A DNA stretch of 64,000 bases, from positions 1 through 64,000 of the forward strand of contig CAWCMR010000011.1 in the NCBI GenBank assembly GCA_963796685.1. The letters are read 5' to 3'. How positions within the stretch are numbered: position 1 is the first letter of the stretch; the number at the start of each line of letters is the position of its first letter. This DNA comes from an uncultured delta proteobacterium. Its GTDB lineage: Bacteria > Myxococcota_A > Polyangia > Fen-1088. The position numbers and the translations under genes are program-made. Below the pieces are notes generated by a model, which was not told the origin of the DNA, did not search any database, and worked only from the letters and a program-made list of their open reading frames with translations. Below are positions 48,749 to 59,498 of this stretch, one piece after another.

Positions 48749-50251
48749 GCGGTTCCGAGGGGCCGCGCAGCGGCCCAATCGCCTCGCCCGGCGGGCACGC
48801 GGGGAGAGGCCGACGCGCGAAGCGCGGCCGGTGAGGGGAGGTGAAGCCACGCCCATCTCGGCTCCCCTCACCCGCCGCCGCGGACGTCGGCGGCCTCTCC
48901 CCGACGGGGGAGAGGCGCGGATCGCTATGCTGTGGCTCCCCAACTACGGAGTCAGCAGGTGTGCGTCGGCTTCCAACCGGCGCGGCTTTGCCTGGATCCC
49001 CCTGGATGGTGCGAACCGACTTTGCCGGCCTGTTTGTCGAATCTCGATTGCACGTACCCGACCGCGCCCCGCTGCGATCCTCTTTCGCTATGGTGTGTCG
49101 GCTGTGCGGGCAGCCGCGACTGTGCCGGTCGTCCGGACGGCCTGACAGTCTGTGCTGCGAACGGCAGACTGTGTTAGCCCGTAGGCGGTTCCGAGGGGCC
49201 GCGCAGCGGCCCAATCGCCTCGCCCGGCGGGCACGCGGGGAGAGGCCGACGCGCGAAGCGCGGCCGGTGAGGGGAGGTGAAGCCACGCCCATCTCGGCTC
49301 CCCTCACCCGCCGCCGCGGACGTCGGCGGCCTCTCCCCGACGGGGGAGAGGCGCGGATCGCTATGCTGTGGCTCCCCAACTACGGAGTCAGCAGGTTTGC
49401 GCCGGCTTCCAACCGGCGCGGCTTTGCCTGGATCCCCCTGGATGGTGCGAACCGACTTTGCCGGCCTGTTTGTCGAATCTCGATTGCACGAATCCGACCG
49501 CGCCCCGCTGCGATCCTCTTTCGCTATGGTGTGTCGGCTGTGCGGGCAGCCACGACTGTGCTGGTCGTTCGGACGGGCTGACAGTCTGTGCTGCGAACGG
49601 CAGCTGTGTCAGCCCGTAGGCGGTTCCGAGGGGCCGCGCAGCGGCCCAATCGCCTCGCCCGGCGGGCACGCGGGGAGAGGCCGACGCGCGAAGCGCGGCC
49701 GGTGAGGGGAGGTGAAGCCACGCCCATCTCGGCTCCCCTCACCCGCCGCCGCGGACGTCGGCGGCCTCTCCCCGACGGGGGAGAGGCGCGGATCGCTATG
49801 CTGTGGCTCCCCAACTACGGAGTCAGCAGGTGTGCGTCGGCTTCCAACCGGCGCGGCTTTGCCTGGATCCCCCTGGATGGTGCGAACCGACTTTGCCGGC
49901 CTGTTTGTCGAATCTCGATTGCACGTATCCGACCGCGCCCCGTTGCGATCCCCCTCGCATGGTGTGTCGGCTGTGCGGGCAGCCACGACTGTGCTGGTCG
50001 TTCGGACGGGCTGACAGTCTGTGCTGCGAACGGCAGCTGTGTCAGCCCGTAGGCGGTTCCGAGGGGCCGCGCAGCGGCCCAATCGCCTCGCCCGGCGGGC
50101 ACGCGGGGAGAGGCCGACGCGCGAAGCGCGGCCGGTGAGGGGAGGTGAAGCCACGCCCATCTCGGCTCCCCTCACCCGCCGCCGCGGACGTCGGCGGCCT
50201 CTCCCCGACGGGGGAGAGGCGCGGATCGCTATGCTGTGGCTCCCCAACTAC
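48513..50251 (+). repeat. Tandem array of 4 copies of a 433-436 bp unit
   Basis: Units start at ggagtcagcagg at 48513, 48948, 49384 and 49819; each is lipoprotein 3' end plus intergenic hairpin block. Confidence 0.97.
48783..48915. repeat. REP-like inverted doublet, repeated in each tandem unit
   Basis: ggggagagg...ggtgagggga / tcccctcacc...cctctcccc-gac-gggggagagg hairpins between convergent genes. Confidence 0.7.
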
Positions 50252-51660
50252 GGACCAACCGGGACGGGCCAGCCGCTCGAATCCCAGACCAGGTCCGCGA
50301 TGCGCAGGGTGGGGTTTCCGTTGCTCATGGCATAGGCGTGGTACACGAGATAGGCCTTCTTGCCCGTGAACATCACCGACTGGCCTCCCGGCCCCGCCCA
50401 GTCGCCGCCTGTTTGCGCGATAAGCGTGCCGCCACCCTGCATGGCCGCCGTTCCGGCCTTGTCGGCGAAGGGCCCCGTGACGCTCGTTCCGCGCACGACG
50501 CGAATGTTGTAGGTGCTGTCCGCGCCCTTGCAGCAGGTGTCCCACGAAGTGAAGAGATAGTAGTACCCGCAGCGACGGATCAGGAAGGGGCCTTCGAGGG
50601 CTCCTCCGTTGCTCGGGCGGGCGGCGATGCCGGTGATCGTCGTGCCCACGCGCGCGCCGGTCTGGTCGAGCGGGACGATCTTGATCCCGCCCCAGAAGCT
50701 GCCGAAGACGAGCCAAGGATTTCCGTCCGTGTCCACGATCGCGTTGGGATCGATGGCGTTCCAATTGTCGCCCGAGGTGGTGATGTTCGAGCAGATGGTG
50801 GCCGAGCCCTGATCCGTCCACGTGCCCGAGCTCAACGACGGGCGCACGGAGTGTCCGATGCACGACTTGTTCGTTCCGAAGGTGGAGCCGGCATAGTAGA
50901 GGTGGTAGGTGCCGCCGAAGTAGGAAATATCTGGAGCCCACAGGTCGGTGACGCCGGTAACCGCCGCGCTCATCCAGGCGGGTGTGGCGAAGGGTGCGGA
51001 TGCCGCGTTCCAGGTGGTCAGGTTGGTTGACGTTTTGGCGCCGAGCCCGGTCTGGAATTCGTAGTAGGTGCCGTTGCTCTCGATGGCGCTCGGATCGTGG
51101 GCGCCAAGGTTCCCGCTCAAGGTCAGCACCTGGGGCGGGTTGGCGGAGTCGTAGACGCCCACATCGCAACGATCGGTGGACGTGCCACCCGTGCTCGTGG
51201 CGCCGCCGGTCGCGCTCGCGCCCCCACCGCCCACGGTCCCGCCCATCGCCTTGGCGCCCCCCGTGCGGGCAACTCCGCCCGTCGCCGAGGTTCCGCCGGT
51301 CGCCACCGTCCCACCCGAGCCCACGGTCCCGCCGGTCGCCACCGTCCCACCCGAGCCCCCAATCCCGCCGGTCGGCATGATCCCGCCGGTCGCCACCGTT
51401 CCGCCGGCGCCCGGCGTTCCGCCCGACGCAAAGCTGCCGCCGCTCGCCACCACGCCGCCAGAGCCGGTCACGCCACCGGTGGTGCGGTCTCCACCCGACA
51501 TCGACGGCCCGGCTCCACCCGAGCTGGCGCTGCCGCCGGTGCCTCGAGCCGTTCCCGTGCCGGGGCTCGAACATGCCCCTTGAGAAGCCGCGATCGTCCC
51601 GACGAGCAGCAGCGAGCAAACCCATCGAGCGCTTGCTACGCCCGGCGTTGTGAACGTCAT
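50248..51660 (-). CDS. GH43 endo-arabinanase-like lipoprotein with Gly/Thr linker
   Basis: AHDPS, LWAPDI, NAIDP, FGSFWGGIK, ALEGPF, WDTCC. Confidence 0.92.
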   Translation of the reverse strand: MTFTTPGVASARWVCSLLLVGTIAASQGACSSPGTGTARGTGGSASSGGAGPSMSGGDRTTGGVTGSGGVVASGGSFASGGTPGAGGTVATGGIMPTGGIGGSGGTVATGGTVGSGGTVATGGTSATGGVARTGGAKAMGGTVGGGGASATGGATSTGGTSTDRCDVGVYDSANPPQVLTLSGNLGAHDPSAIESNGTYYEFQTGLGAKTSTNLTTWNAASAPFATPAWMSAAVTGVTDLWAPDISYFGGTYHLYYAGSTFGTNKSCIGHSVRPSLSSGTWTDQGSATICSNITTSGDNWNAIDPNAIVDTDGNPWLVFGSFWGGIKIVPLDQTGARVGTTITGIAARPSNGGALEGPFLIRRCGYYYLFTSWDTCCKGADSTYNIRVVRGTSVTGPFADKAGTAAMQGGGTLIAQTGGDWAGPGGQSVMFTGKKAYLVYHAYAMSNGNPTLRIADLVWDSSGWPVPVGP

Positions 51661-51855
51661 GTCGAGGCCTCGCTCGAACAGTGGCGCCGATCGGCGGCGT
51701 GGCTCACCTTTCCACCTCCTAGTGTGGATGCGCCGCTGATATGTTATGCGTTAGAGGCGATCGGACCTGACCCACTTTTCGGGGCTCGAACCACTGCCGC
51801 AAGCGCATTTCGTGTTGTCATGCTCCGCCGAAACCCAGTCATGAGAGGAAGCTCC

Positions 51856-53691
51856 ATGCAACGATTCCCCAGATTCACGGCCGTCGTGTTCGTGGCTGCC
51901 CTGGGATTTTGCCCGCTGTCTTGCAACAGCAGCGGATCACCGAACGCGAATGGCCACGACAGCGCGGCTGTCGGCACCGGCGGGAGCGGCGGGAGAGCGA
52001 CCACCGTCCACGCATCGGGCGGAAACACGGGCGGAAATCCAGGCGCCGGGGGCAGCGGCGGACAGAGCGCCGATGCAGCTTCCACGGGTGAAGGGGGAGG
52101 CGGCGGACAAGGCTCGGGCGGCGCGGCCACGGGTGGCAGCGGGACTAGCAAGAGCGAGGCCGGCGCGGGCGGGCAGGGGGCAGGCGGAGCCGCCACCGGC
52201 GGCAGCGGATCGGGCAAGAGCGACGCGAGCGCGGGCGGGCAGGGCACGGGTGGAACCGCGGGAGGCATGGGCAGCGGCGGAGCCGGTGGATCCGGAACGG
52301 GCAAAGGGGGCGCTGGCGGCAACGACGCCGGGTCTGCCACCGGCGGGGCGACCGGCACCGGCGGCATGGACACGGGCGGCGCTGGCGCGGGCGGCACGCA
52401 AGCCAACCTTCCCGCGGGCGTGACGGCGCTGTTCCCGCCGCCCGGCGGTCAAGGGATCTGCCCAGACCCACCCCTGCGCATCACCTTCTCGGGCGCGCCC
52501 ACCCTCGGCGCCACCGGCAAGATCCAAGTCTATGGCTCGTCGGGCGCCGCCGTCGCCTCGGTCGACATGGCGGCCAGCACCGTCACCGACACCATCGGTG
52601 GCACGTCTTTCATCATGCTTCGGCCCGTCTATGTGGACGGCAACGACGCCGTGATCTACCTCAAGACCAAGGCCCTGGCATACGGACAGACCTACTACGT
52701 GACCGTCGACTCGGGCGCCATCAAGCCCCCCGGCGGCGGCACGCTGGCCATCACGGGCTCGACCGCCTGGCGCTTCACCACCGCGGCGGCAGCGCCCGGC
52801 GATCTCTCGGCGCTGACCGTTGCCCTCGATGGCTCGGGTCAGTTCTGCACCGTCCAGGGCGCCACGGACGCGTTGCCGGCGAACAACACGGCCGCCTCGA
52901 CCATCACCATCAAGAGCGGCACCTACCACGAGATCATGCACGTCTCGAAGAAGAGCAACCTCACCTTGCACGGACAGGATCGCCAGCAGACCATCCTTCT
53001 CGGGACCAACAACAACACCCAGCAGACGGGCAACAATCCGGGCACGAGCAACCGGTCGCTGCTCGGCTTCGACAGCACCAACGGCCTCACCATCGAGAAC
53101 CTGACCATTCAAAACCTGACCCCGCAGGACGGCTCGCAAGCCGAGGCGTTGCGTCTGCAGAATTGCGACAAGTGCGTGGTCCGCGACGCCAACATCCTCA
53201 GCCTGCAGGACACGCTGTTGTGGAGCGGCCGGCTCTACGCCGACAACTGTCTCATCGCGGGCAACGTCGACTATATCTGGGGCACGGGCGTTGCCTACTT
53301 CAACAAGTGCGAGATCCGAACCGTCGGCAGGTCGGGTGTGCTCGTGCAGTCCCGCAACGCCGCGGGCGCCTACGGCTATGTCTTCGTCGATTCCAAGCTG
53401 ACGACCGACTCGGCGTCGAAGAACAACATGCTCGCGCGCATCGACGTCAGCGCGTATCCGGGCAGCCACGTGGCGTACATCAACTGCCAGATGAACAACG
53501 TCGCCGCCGCCGGCTGGACCGTCACCGGTGGAACGCCGACCTCGTCGCTGCGCTTCTGGGAGTACCAGAGCACGGATGCCTCCGGCAATGCTCTTGGCAC
53601 CAGCGGCCGCCAGTACGGGACGCAGATATCCGCCACCGAAGCCGCTTCCATGCGCGACCCCACCGTGGTCCTCGGCGGCTGGCAACCCTGA
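51856..53691 (+). CDS. Pectin methylesterase (CE8) lipoprotein with Ig-like domain and Gly-rich linker
   Basis: DGSGQFCTVQ, GTYHE, QAEAL, QDTL, GNVDYIWG, FWEY. Confidence 0.88.
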   Translation: MQRFPRFTAVVFVAALGFCPLSCNSSGSPNANGHDSAAVGTGGSGGRATTVHASGGNTGGNPGAGGSGGQSADAASTGEGGGGGQGSGGAATGGSGTSKSEAGAGGQGAGGAATGGSGSGKSDASAGGQGTGGTAGGMGSGGAGGSGTGKGGAGGNDAGSATGGATGTGGMDTGGAGAGGTQANLPAGVTALFPPPGGQGICPDPPLRITFSGAPTLGATGKIQVYGSSGAAVASVDMAASTVTDTIGGTSFIMLRPVYVDGNDAVIYLKTKALAYGQTYYVTVDSGAIKPPGGGTLAITGSTAWRFTTAAAAPGDLSALTVALDGSGQFCTVQGATDALPANNTAASTITIKSGTYHEIMHVSKKSNLTLHGQDRQQTILLGTNNNTQQTGNNPGTSNRSLLGFDSTNGLTIENLTIQNLTPQDGSQAEALRLQNCDKCVVRDANILSLQDTLLWSGRLYADNCLIAGNVDYIWGTGVAYFNKCEIRTVGRSGVLVQSRNAAGAYGYVFVDSKLTTDSASKNNMLARIDVSAYPGSHVAYINCQMNNVAAAGWTVTGGTPTSSLRFWEYQSTDASGNALGTSGRQYGTQISATEAASMRDPTVVLGGWQP

Positions 53692-53800
53692 GCCCGCTCT
53701 GAGGCCCTCACCCTAATCCCGACCGGCGCAGCGATGTCGCGAGGCACCGACCTGAAGGTCGCTTTCCAAGGCCAAGTCTCTCGCCTTGCAGGGCGACGAA

Positions 53801-53969
53801 GGGTGGTCGTGGCCGTAAACGGCTTACCGTGGCTGTGGCCGTGGCCGGACATTTGGGAGGTATGGGCTTGCAAGACATCCAAGATGACAGCGCTTTCCAA
53901 TATGAGTTTCGGCAGTACAGCGGAAGAGTTTCTCGGCCACGGCCACGGCCATGGCGACGGCCGTCACCC
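53801..53969. repeat. Hexamer-based palindromic intergenic repeat, copy 2
   Basis: Same left arm as 25470-25516, ~85-bp spacer, (GGCCAC)n right arm. Confidence 0.8.
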
Positions 53970-54075
53970 AACGGGTGACAGCTTTGTCGACCACTCTTGC
54001 CATTGCCACGTACTTGCAGGACATTGTGTCCTCATGCCCCTGGGGATGTTGGCAATGGAGGCCAAGCGAGAGACC

Positions 54076-55059
54076 ATGACAGCGAGACTATCAGTCCAAT
54101 GGTTGGTGAGCATCATCGCAGCCTCGGCGCTGGCGAGCTGCTCGGGCAGTACTAGGTCGGGCTACCTTTCCGACGGGAGCACCGGCGCTCAAACCGGCGA
54201 TGCAGCCAGGGACGTAAAGGGCACGCTTGGCGGCTCTGGCGGAGGCGCCGGTGTGGGCGGCGTCACTGGCACGGGCGGCGCGGGCGGCGCAGCCAGCGGA
54301 GGAAGCACCGGTCACGGTGGCGCAAGTGGCGGCTCGGGCGGCTCGGTCATCGACGCCCCTATCGCGGGGGAAGCGGGCAGCGATGCCCCTTTGGGCGGTG
54401 GCGGATCCGGCGGTAGCGGGACCGGCGGCACGACCACGACGTGTGCGTTGCGGGGTGAGGCCTGCGCCGCCAGGTCGTGCTGTGTACCTCTGATTTGCAG
54501 CAACGCAACGGGGGTCCCGACTTGTCTCGAGAGTTACCCACCACCCGCGGACAGCGGCGCCGAGGCCGGGAGCACCGGTGGCTTAGGGGGCGGCACCGGC
54601 GGTACGGGCGGCAGCGGCGGCGCGACCGGGACGGGTGGAACAGGTGGCAGCGGCGGCGCGACCGGGACGGGTGGAACGGGTGGCAGCGGCGGCGCGACCG
54701 GGACGGGTGGAACAGGCGGCAGCGGCGGCTACGCGGGCGTGGATTGCGGAGGCTTCACCTGCACCTCCGGCAAGATTTGCTGTGTCAGCCAAATGCTCGC
54801 CTACCTGTCCTGCACCCCCTCGACATCGTGTAGCGACTTCCTGGTGACCTGCGACGGTCCCGAGGACTGCGGCGGAGCCGGCCACCAGTGCTGCCTGCCC
54901 TCGGGCGCGCTCATCCAGACCACCTGCACCACCGGAAGCTGTCTCGCCGGACTCGCGATGTGCCACACCGCCGCCGACTGTGAGCAAGGTCAAACATGCT
55001 GTCCCGGCAACCTTATGGGCTACGCGTACAGCTCGTGCCAATCGGGCACGTGCAACTGA
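54076..55059 (+). CDS. Gly-rich/Cys-rich lipoprotein
   Basis: Lipobox LASC; three 36-bp GGSGGATGTGGT repeats; CDGPEDC...CC module. Confidence 0.82.
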   Translation: MTARLSVQWLVSIIAASALASCSGSTRSGYLSDGSTGAQTGDAARDVKGTLGGSGGGAGVGGVTGTGGAGGAASGGSTGHGGASGGSGGSVIDAPIAGEAGSDAPLGGGGSGGSGTGGTTTTCALRGEACAARSCCVPLICSNATGVPTCLESYPPPADSGAEAGSTGGLGGGTGGTGGSGGATGTGGTGGSGGATGTGGTGGSGGATGTGGTGGSGGYAGVDCGGFTCTSGKICCVSQMLAYLSCTPSTSCSDFLVTCDGPEDCGGAGHQCCLPSGALIQTTCTTGSCLAGLAMCHTAADCEQGQTCCPGNLMGYAYSSCQSGTCN

Positions 55060-55529
55060 TTCGGACAGCGGCGCCCAGTACCTTCACGTGCGACGGATTC
55101 CTTAACGGACTTCAATTGTGACAGAGGAGGTGGGCGCGGAAATCGCAAGGCACGCGTCTCTTCTCCCATTTCAGCCTGTCCGAGGACGAGAGCAGCTCCG
55201 ACGTAAGCCACGCAAATGAAAACCAGGGCGAAGACAGCGCGTCGGGACCGTCGCACGATGATCATCCAGAGCGCCGGTATGGTCGCCACCGCAACGACGG
55301 CTTCAGCGAAGGCCGTCCAAGCGTACACCTCTGGATTCGAGTACCTCCAGCCACCGTGACTCATCATCGACTCCGAACCGAAGTCGTAGCTCGCGATGTG
55401 GGCGGAGCTTCGAGTGACGATGATCGTCGACCATTCGCTGAGCATGGTTACCGCGAACAGCACGGCGACGCTGATGATCACGATCGCGAGAGCGACGCGC
55501 GAATATGAAGCTTTCTCCGAGGATCCCAT
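55020..55529 (-). CDS. Hypothetical membrane protein (3 TM)
   Basis: Three hydrophobic helices; 3' end overlaps the convergent gene, so it is uncertain. Confidence 0.55.
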   Translation of the reverse strand: MGSSEKASYSRVALAIVIISVAVLFAVTMLSEWSTIIVTRSSAHIASYDFGSESMMSHGGWRYSNPEVYAWTAFAEAVVAVATIPALWMIIVRRSRRAVFALVFICVAYVGAALVLGQAEMGEETRALRFPRPPPLSQLKSVKESVAREGTGRRCPNQLHVPDWHELYA

Positions 55530-55665
55530 CGTCTGTCGAACGCTTTGCCGTTCAGCGGTGTAGACGCCGCCAGCCGACGCCGCGATTCTACGCCGATGTC
55601 CCTGCGGCGACCACATCAATCAATGCCCACCATACCCGCCGCTGGCCGTCGTGCTACGATTGGAC

Positions 55666-56316
55666 ATGCGCTTCTTGAGGTTGCTTGGCCTCCTTGGCAC
55701 AGTGTCTGTCGTTGCCCAGGCCTGCACCTCGACATCTGGGCAACTGCCTGCCAGGGATGGGGCCATGGATCATACGGCTACAGGAGACGCGGGGGAGGCG
55801 GGGTCTGGCGCCATGGACAGCGGGCCTGTTGCCTGTGGCAACGGGGACAATACCTACTGCGCGACCCGAGTCTTTGCGACTGCGGTTGACGCTGGCCCGG
55901 CGTGCGTCGGCAGTCACCTGAACTGCGATGGCATGGAATCATACGTGGACATCATTGGAGACGGCGCTCCGATTCGTCTCGCGTACCCGATGGACTCGAG
56001 TTGTGGAACCTGCGGAACCACGAGCTGCCAGATCTGGGGAAGGTACGCTACCTGCTGCAGCTCTTGCGAGGTGACGTTCGCGGCGTGCGCCGGTCCCGAC
56101 GGCGCGGGGCCGTGCCTCGATTTCCACGATTGCGGTCGCTACGTTGACCGAGACGGCAAGACCTGGATGGCCACTTTGGTGCCTGTGTCCTTGGACGGCA
56201 ATGCACCCCTCGACATTCAGGCGACGGTGATCATCACGGACGGAACGACCACGCGATCTCTGTCCACACACATCCACATCTGCGGCTCTACCGACTATTG
56301 CCTGATCCTCTGCTAG
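55666..56316 (+). CDS. Cys-rich lipoprotein
   Basis: Lipobox AQAC; DAG/DSG linker; many Cys. Confidence 0.75.
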   Translation: MRFLRLLGLLGTVSVVAQACTSTSGQLPARDGAMDHTATGDAGEAGSGAMDSGPVACGNGDNTYCATRVFATAVDAGPACVGSHLNCDGMESYVDIIGDGAPIRLAYPMDSSCGTCGTTSCQIWGRYATCCSSCEVTFAACAGPDGAGPCLDFHDCGRYVDRDGKTWMATLVPVSLDGNAPLDIQATVIITDGTTTRSLSTHIHICGSTDYCLILC

Positions 56317-56923
56317 ATTCAGGCGCCTGGCGCAGCAGTCTCACGTCCCCCCCGCGATCGATCCACTTCGGAACGCTCGTGGCCTTGTAACCTTCAAGAA
56401 GTCGGAGCAACAGAGCTGGGTCCTGCTCCAAGAAGGCCATCTGCCGATGTTCGGGTCGGAGAAAGCGCTGGGACACGAGGATGTCCAGAAATTGGAGCAA
56501 GGGCGCGAAGAAATCCTGAGCACCAAGGAGCCCCAAAGGTTTCTGGTGGAGCCCAAGTTGTGCCCAGGTCCACATCTCAAAGAACTCCTCGAGAGTACCG
56601 AGGCCGCCAGGCATCGCGATGAAAGCGTCCGCGAGCTCGGCCATCATTCCCTTCCGCTCGTGCATGCTCGAAACCACGTGCAGCTCGGTCAGCGCATCGT
56701 GCGCAACGTTCTTCTCCACGAGTGCACGCGGGACAACACCAATGACCTTGCCGCCAGCGGCAAGCACGGAGTCGGCGAGCGCGCCCATGAGCCCCACTTT
56801 CGCGCCGCCATACACGAGCACTCGGTTGGTTTCGGCAATGACCTGCCCGAGCGCTCTCGCGCTGGCCATGAAGAGTGGGTCGGCACCCGGACTTGAACCG
56901 CAATAGACGCATATGCTTCGCAT
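56288..56923 (-). CDS. LOG family nucleotide phosphoribohydrolase
   Basis: CVYCGSS, LVYGG..VGLMG, MHERK, PGGLGTLEE; true stop may be 56341 if the C7 run is one base too long. Confidence 0.94.
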   Translation of the reverse strand: MRSICVYCGSSPGADPLFMASARALGQVIAETNRVLVYGGAKVGLMGALADSVLAAGGKVIGVVPRALVEKNVAHDALTELHVVSSMHERKGMMAELADAFIAMPGGLGTLEEFFEMWTWAQLGLHQKPLGLLGAQDFFAPLLQFLDILVSQRFLRPEHRQMAFLEQDPALLLRLLEGYKATSVPKWIDRGGDVRLLRQAPESSRGSGNSR

Positions 56924-56937
56924 GGAATTGCCCGTGG

Positions 56938-57345
56938 CTAGGTTCGCGGAAGGACCTCAGCGCCGGTGAGTCCTAGGTGATGGTCGGTTCCCCACACCTT
57001 TCGGATCTTGTGACGTTCCATCAGGCTGAGGCTCGAGGCGTCTACGTAGGTGAGCTTGGCGCCACGGAGGCGGTCAAGCATTTGAAGCGTCTCTCTGTGG
57101 TGGCTCATGTCCACGTCGAAGATGCGAAGACCATCCAGGTTGTCGAGGAATGCTCGGAGGGCTCGAGCCGCCTCCTCTCCGTGCCGGTGGACGAACCACG
57201 AGTAGGCCTCGGACACAACGAGAAAGGACGTGCTCCAGCGTGCCTTTCCCAGGGCAAAGAGTGTAGTAGCTTGGTCGTGCCATTGGTCGCGTGCATTCAG
57301 GAACGCGATCAGAATTCCGGAGTCGAGAAAGACCGACTCGCTCAC
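56938..57345 (-). CDS. vapC: PIN-domain toxin
   Basis: VFLDSG, VVSE, TYVDASS, TDHH acidic PIN residues. Confidence 0.9.
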   Translation of the reverse strand: MSESVFLDSGILIAFLNARDQWHDQATTLFALGKARWSTSFLVVSEAYSWFVHRHGEEAARALRAFLDNLDGLRIFDVDMSHHRETLQMLDRLRGAKLTYVDASSLSLMERHKIRKVWGTDHHLGLTGAEVLPRT

Positions 57346-57569
57346 GGCCGATCCCGCCCGTATACGACTGCGTCCACCGAGGTGCTGTCCTCAGGACTCC
57401 CCTCGACGATCCCAGCGTATTTCATCCACGGCTTGTCACTCGGCTGCCGCGCTACTGCCTCCTCGAGGCCGCGTCGGCACAACTCAGCCAGAGATATGCC
57501 CTGACGACGGGCCGTCGCCTTCGCCTTGGCATAGAGAGACGCGTCCACCGATATCTGCGTCCTAATCAT
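57342..57569 (-). CDS. RHH/CopG-type antitoxin
   Basis: MIRTQIS...GISLAELCRR; GTGA overlap with the toxin. Confidence 0.88.
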   Translation of the reverse strand: MIRTQISVDASLYAKAKATARRQGISLAELCRRGLEEAVARQPSDKPWMKYAGIVEGSPEDSTSVDAVVYGRDRP

Positions 57570-58335
57570 GATATCACCCTACCACATGGTGATAACACCG
57601 TCCAGACCCGTCGCGCGACGATACACCAATGCCCTAGACGATGTTCGAGGGTCTGGCCAGCGAGGCACGGCCAGCGGTATGCGGCCAGGGAACCAACCCA
57701 AGCCTGCTCGTCGGCAGGAACGCTCGCCTCTGTTGCTGCTTTGCGAGTGGGTGCAGCCTTCCACCGGAAATACGCGACTCGCTCGGAGGGCGAAACGCCG
57801 AAGCTCGGGGCAATGTCGTGAGAAGGGTCGAGCATGTAATTCGAATACTCCGCGATGGGTGTCGTCTCGCCACTCACGAGGTCGGCGTACACGAGCTCGG
57901 CCGCGCCGTTGTCCTTGGCTTGGAAGGCGAAGGCGCGTCGCTTGTCGCGGAACACGTAGACCCCGCGCAGGCCCGGCACGCTGATGACGTGGTCGCCATC
58001 GTCGACGAGCAAGGCCAGATCGGGATCGAGCCGATTGGCGGCATTGTTGCTGGACCCCGAGTAGGGCACCTGCTCCCAGGTATTCGCGAGCAGGCTGCCG
58101 TCGCGCAGCGAGTAGAGCGGCCCGTTCGTAAACACGCCGACCGTGAACCGGCCGCCGGCATAGCCGTCGAGCGCCGGCCAGAGACCACCGGAGACGCTGC
58201 CTGCGTACGACGGCAGCGCCTGCTCGAACCGGCGATGACCGCGCAAATCAACGGTTTGGAAGCTGGCATCGACCTGCCAAACCAACGTGGCGTCGTTCCG
58301 CGCGGGCGAGCACGATGGCACGCTTACTTCTGGTT
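57566..58335 (-). pseudogene. Fragment of a hypothetical secreted/beta-rich protein
   Basis: Coding-like GC3 bias over ~57740-58320 with no clear start; 3' end degenerates. Confidence 0.4.
57572..57594. promoter_or_regulatory. Probable TA operator overlapping an extended -10 box
   Basis: Inverted repeat TATCACC-N9-GGTGATA; minus strand TGgTAGGGT lies 6 nt before the ATG. Confidence 0.6.
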
Positions 58336-58341
58336 GACTGG

Positions 58342-59465
58342 CTAAGGATCCGGAATCGCCACCGTGCCCCAGCAGACCACGTCGCCGCTCGGGCGCAGGC
58401 CGCAGGTGAAATCTTCGTTGATGGCGATTTGGACGAAGGTGCCCACCGGCGGTGAGGTCTCGCCGTAGCGGCCATCCCCCCAGCAGGCGGCGGTGCCGTC
58501 GTCGCGTATCCCGCACCCGGTCCAGAACCCGGCAGAGACCTGGGTGAAGAGCCCTGACGGAACCGGCACCGACGTGTCACCCCAACAGGTGGCCGTGCCG
58601 TCGGTGCGGACGCCGCACGCCCGCATGGTTCCGACCGAGATTCGTTTGAAGGTGCCGGCCGGCGTCGGCACCGAGCTCTCGCCCCAGCAGGTCACGGTAC
58701 CATCGGCATGGAGCCCACAGGCGTTCCACTCGCCCGACGAGATCTGGACGAACGTCTCGTTCGGGACCTGGCCCACGTCGAAGCTCAAGTCTCCCCAACA
58801 CACGACGCTGCCGTCGCTATGAAGCCCGCAGGCGTGGGCCAGCCCCGCAGCGACCTGGGTGAAGGTCCCGGCGGGCGGATCAATGACTCCCCCGTAGTCG
58901 TGACCCCAGCAGGCAATCGTGCCGTCGTTGCGCACGCCACAACTGTAGCTGTCACCATCCGACACCTGGATGAACGAGGGCTCCGTCGGGGTGTAGCCCG
59001 GTCCCTGGTACTCTCCCCAGCAGTAGAGCGTGCCGTCGGACCGCAACCCACACGTGTGGTCGAAGCTGGTGAAGGGCCCTGGCCGAGGCGCGCATTCGGC
59101 ACTGTCGTTGTTTCCCCAGCAGGTCGCGGTACCGTCGCCGAGCGGCCCGCACGCGAAGCCCTCGCCGGCCACTACCTGAGCATAAGGCCCCATGCCCGCC
59201 GGAGGCTGGGCCGGATCGCTGCCCCAACAAGTGACGGTGCCGTCCGCGCGCCGACCGCAGGCCAGCGAACTTCCCGTCGACAGCTCGACGAATGCTCCCG
59301 CGGCCGGCTGGCCCAGCAAGGTGTCGGTGTTGTCGGGCGCCACCCAACACTGGGCGGTTCCATCGGGGCGCAGGCCGCACGCATAGCCATCTCCGGAGTA
59401 CACGTGCACGAAAGGGCCCGGATCGGTGAAGTCGTGCCAGCCGTTGAACGATGGCCGCCTCGCAT
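58342..59465 (-). CDS. RCC1/BLIP-II beta-propeller repeat protein, 5' end frameshifted or deleted
   Basis: About ten F.QVS.G...CG...DGT..CWG repeats; the RBS-preceded ATG at 59465 is out of frame. Confidence 0.85.
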
Positions 59466-59498
59466 GTATTCCTCCACGTAGCTGGCCGCCAGCAGTTG

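Noticed and set aside
48513-50251. CRISPR array or DGR template/variable repeat
   Set aside because: Units are ~435 bp with no unique spacers and no cas genes; substitutions are not adenine-specific; the only RT is a full group II intron 46 kb away.
54000-58340. Integron cassette array
   Set aside because: Genes alternate strands and I could not find repeated attC-like sites or an intI.
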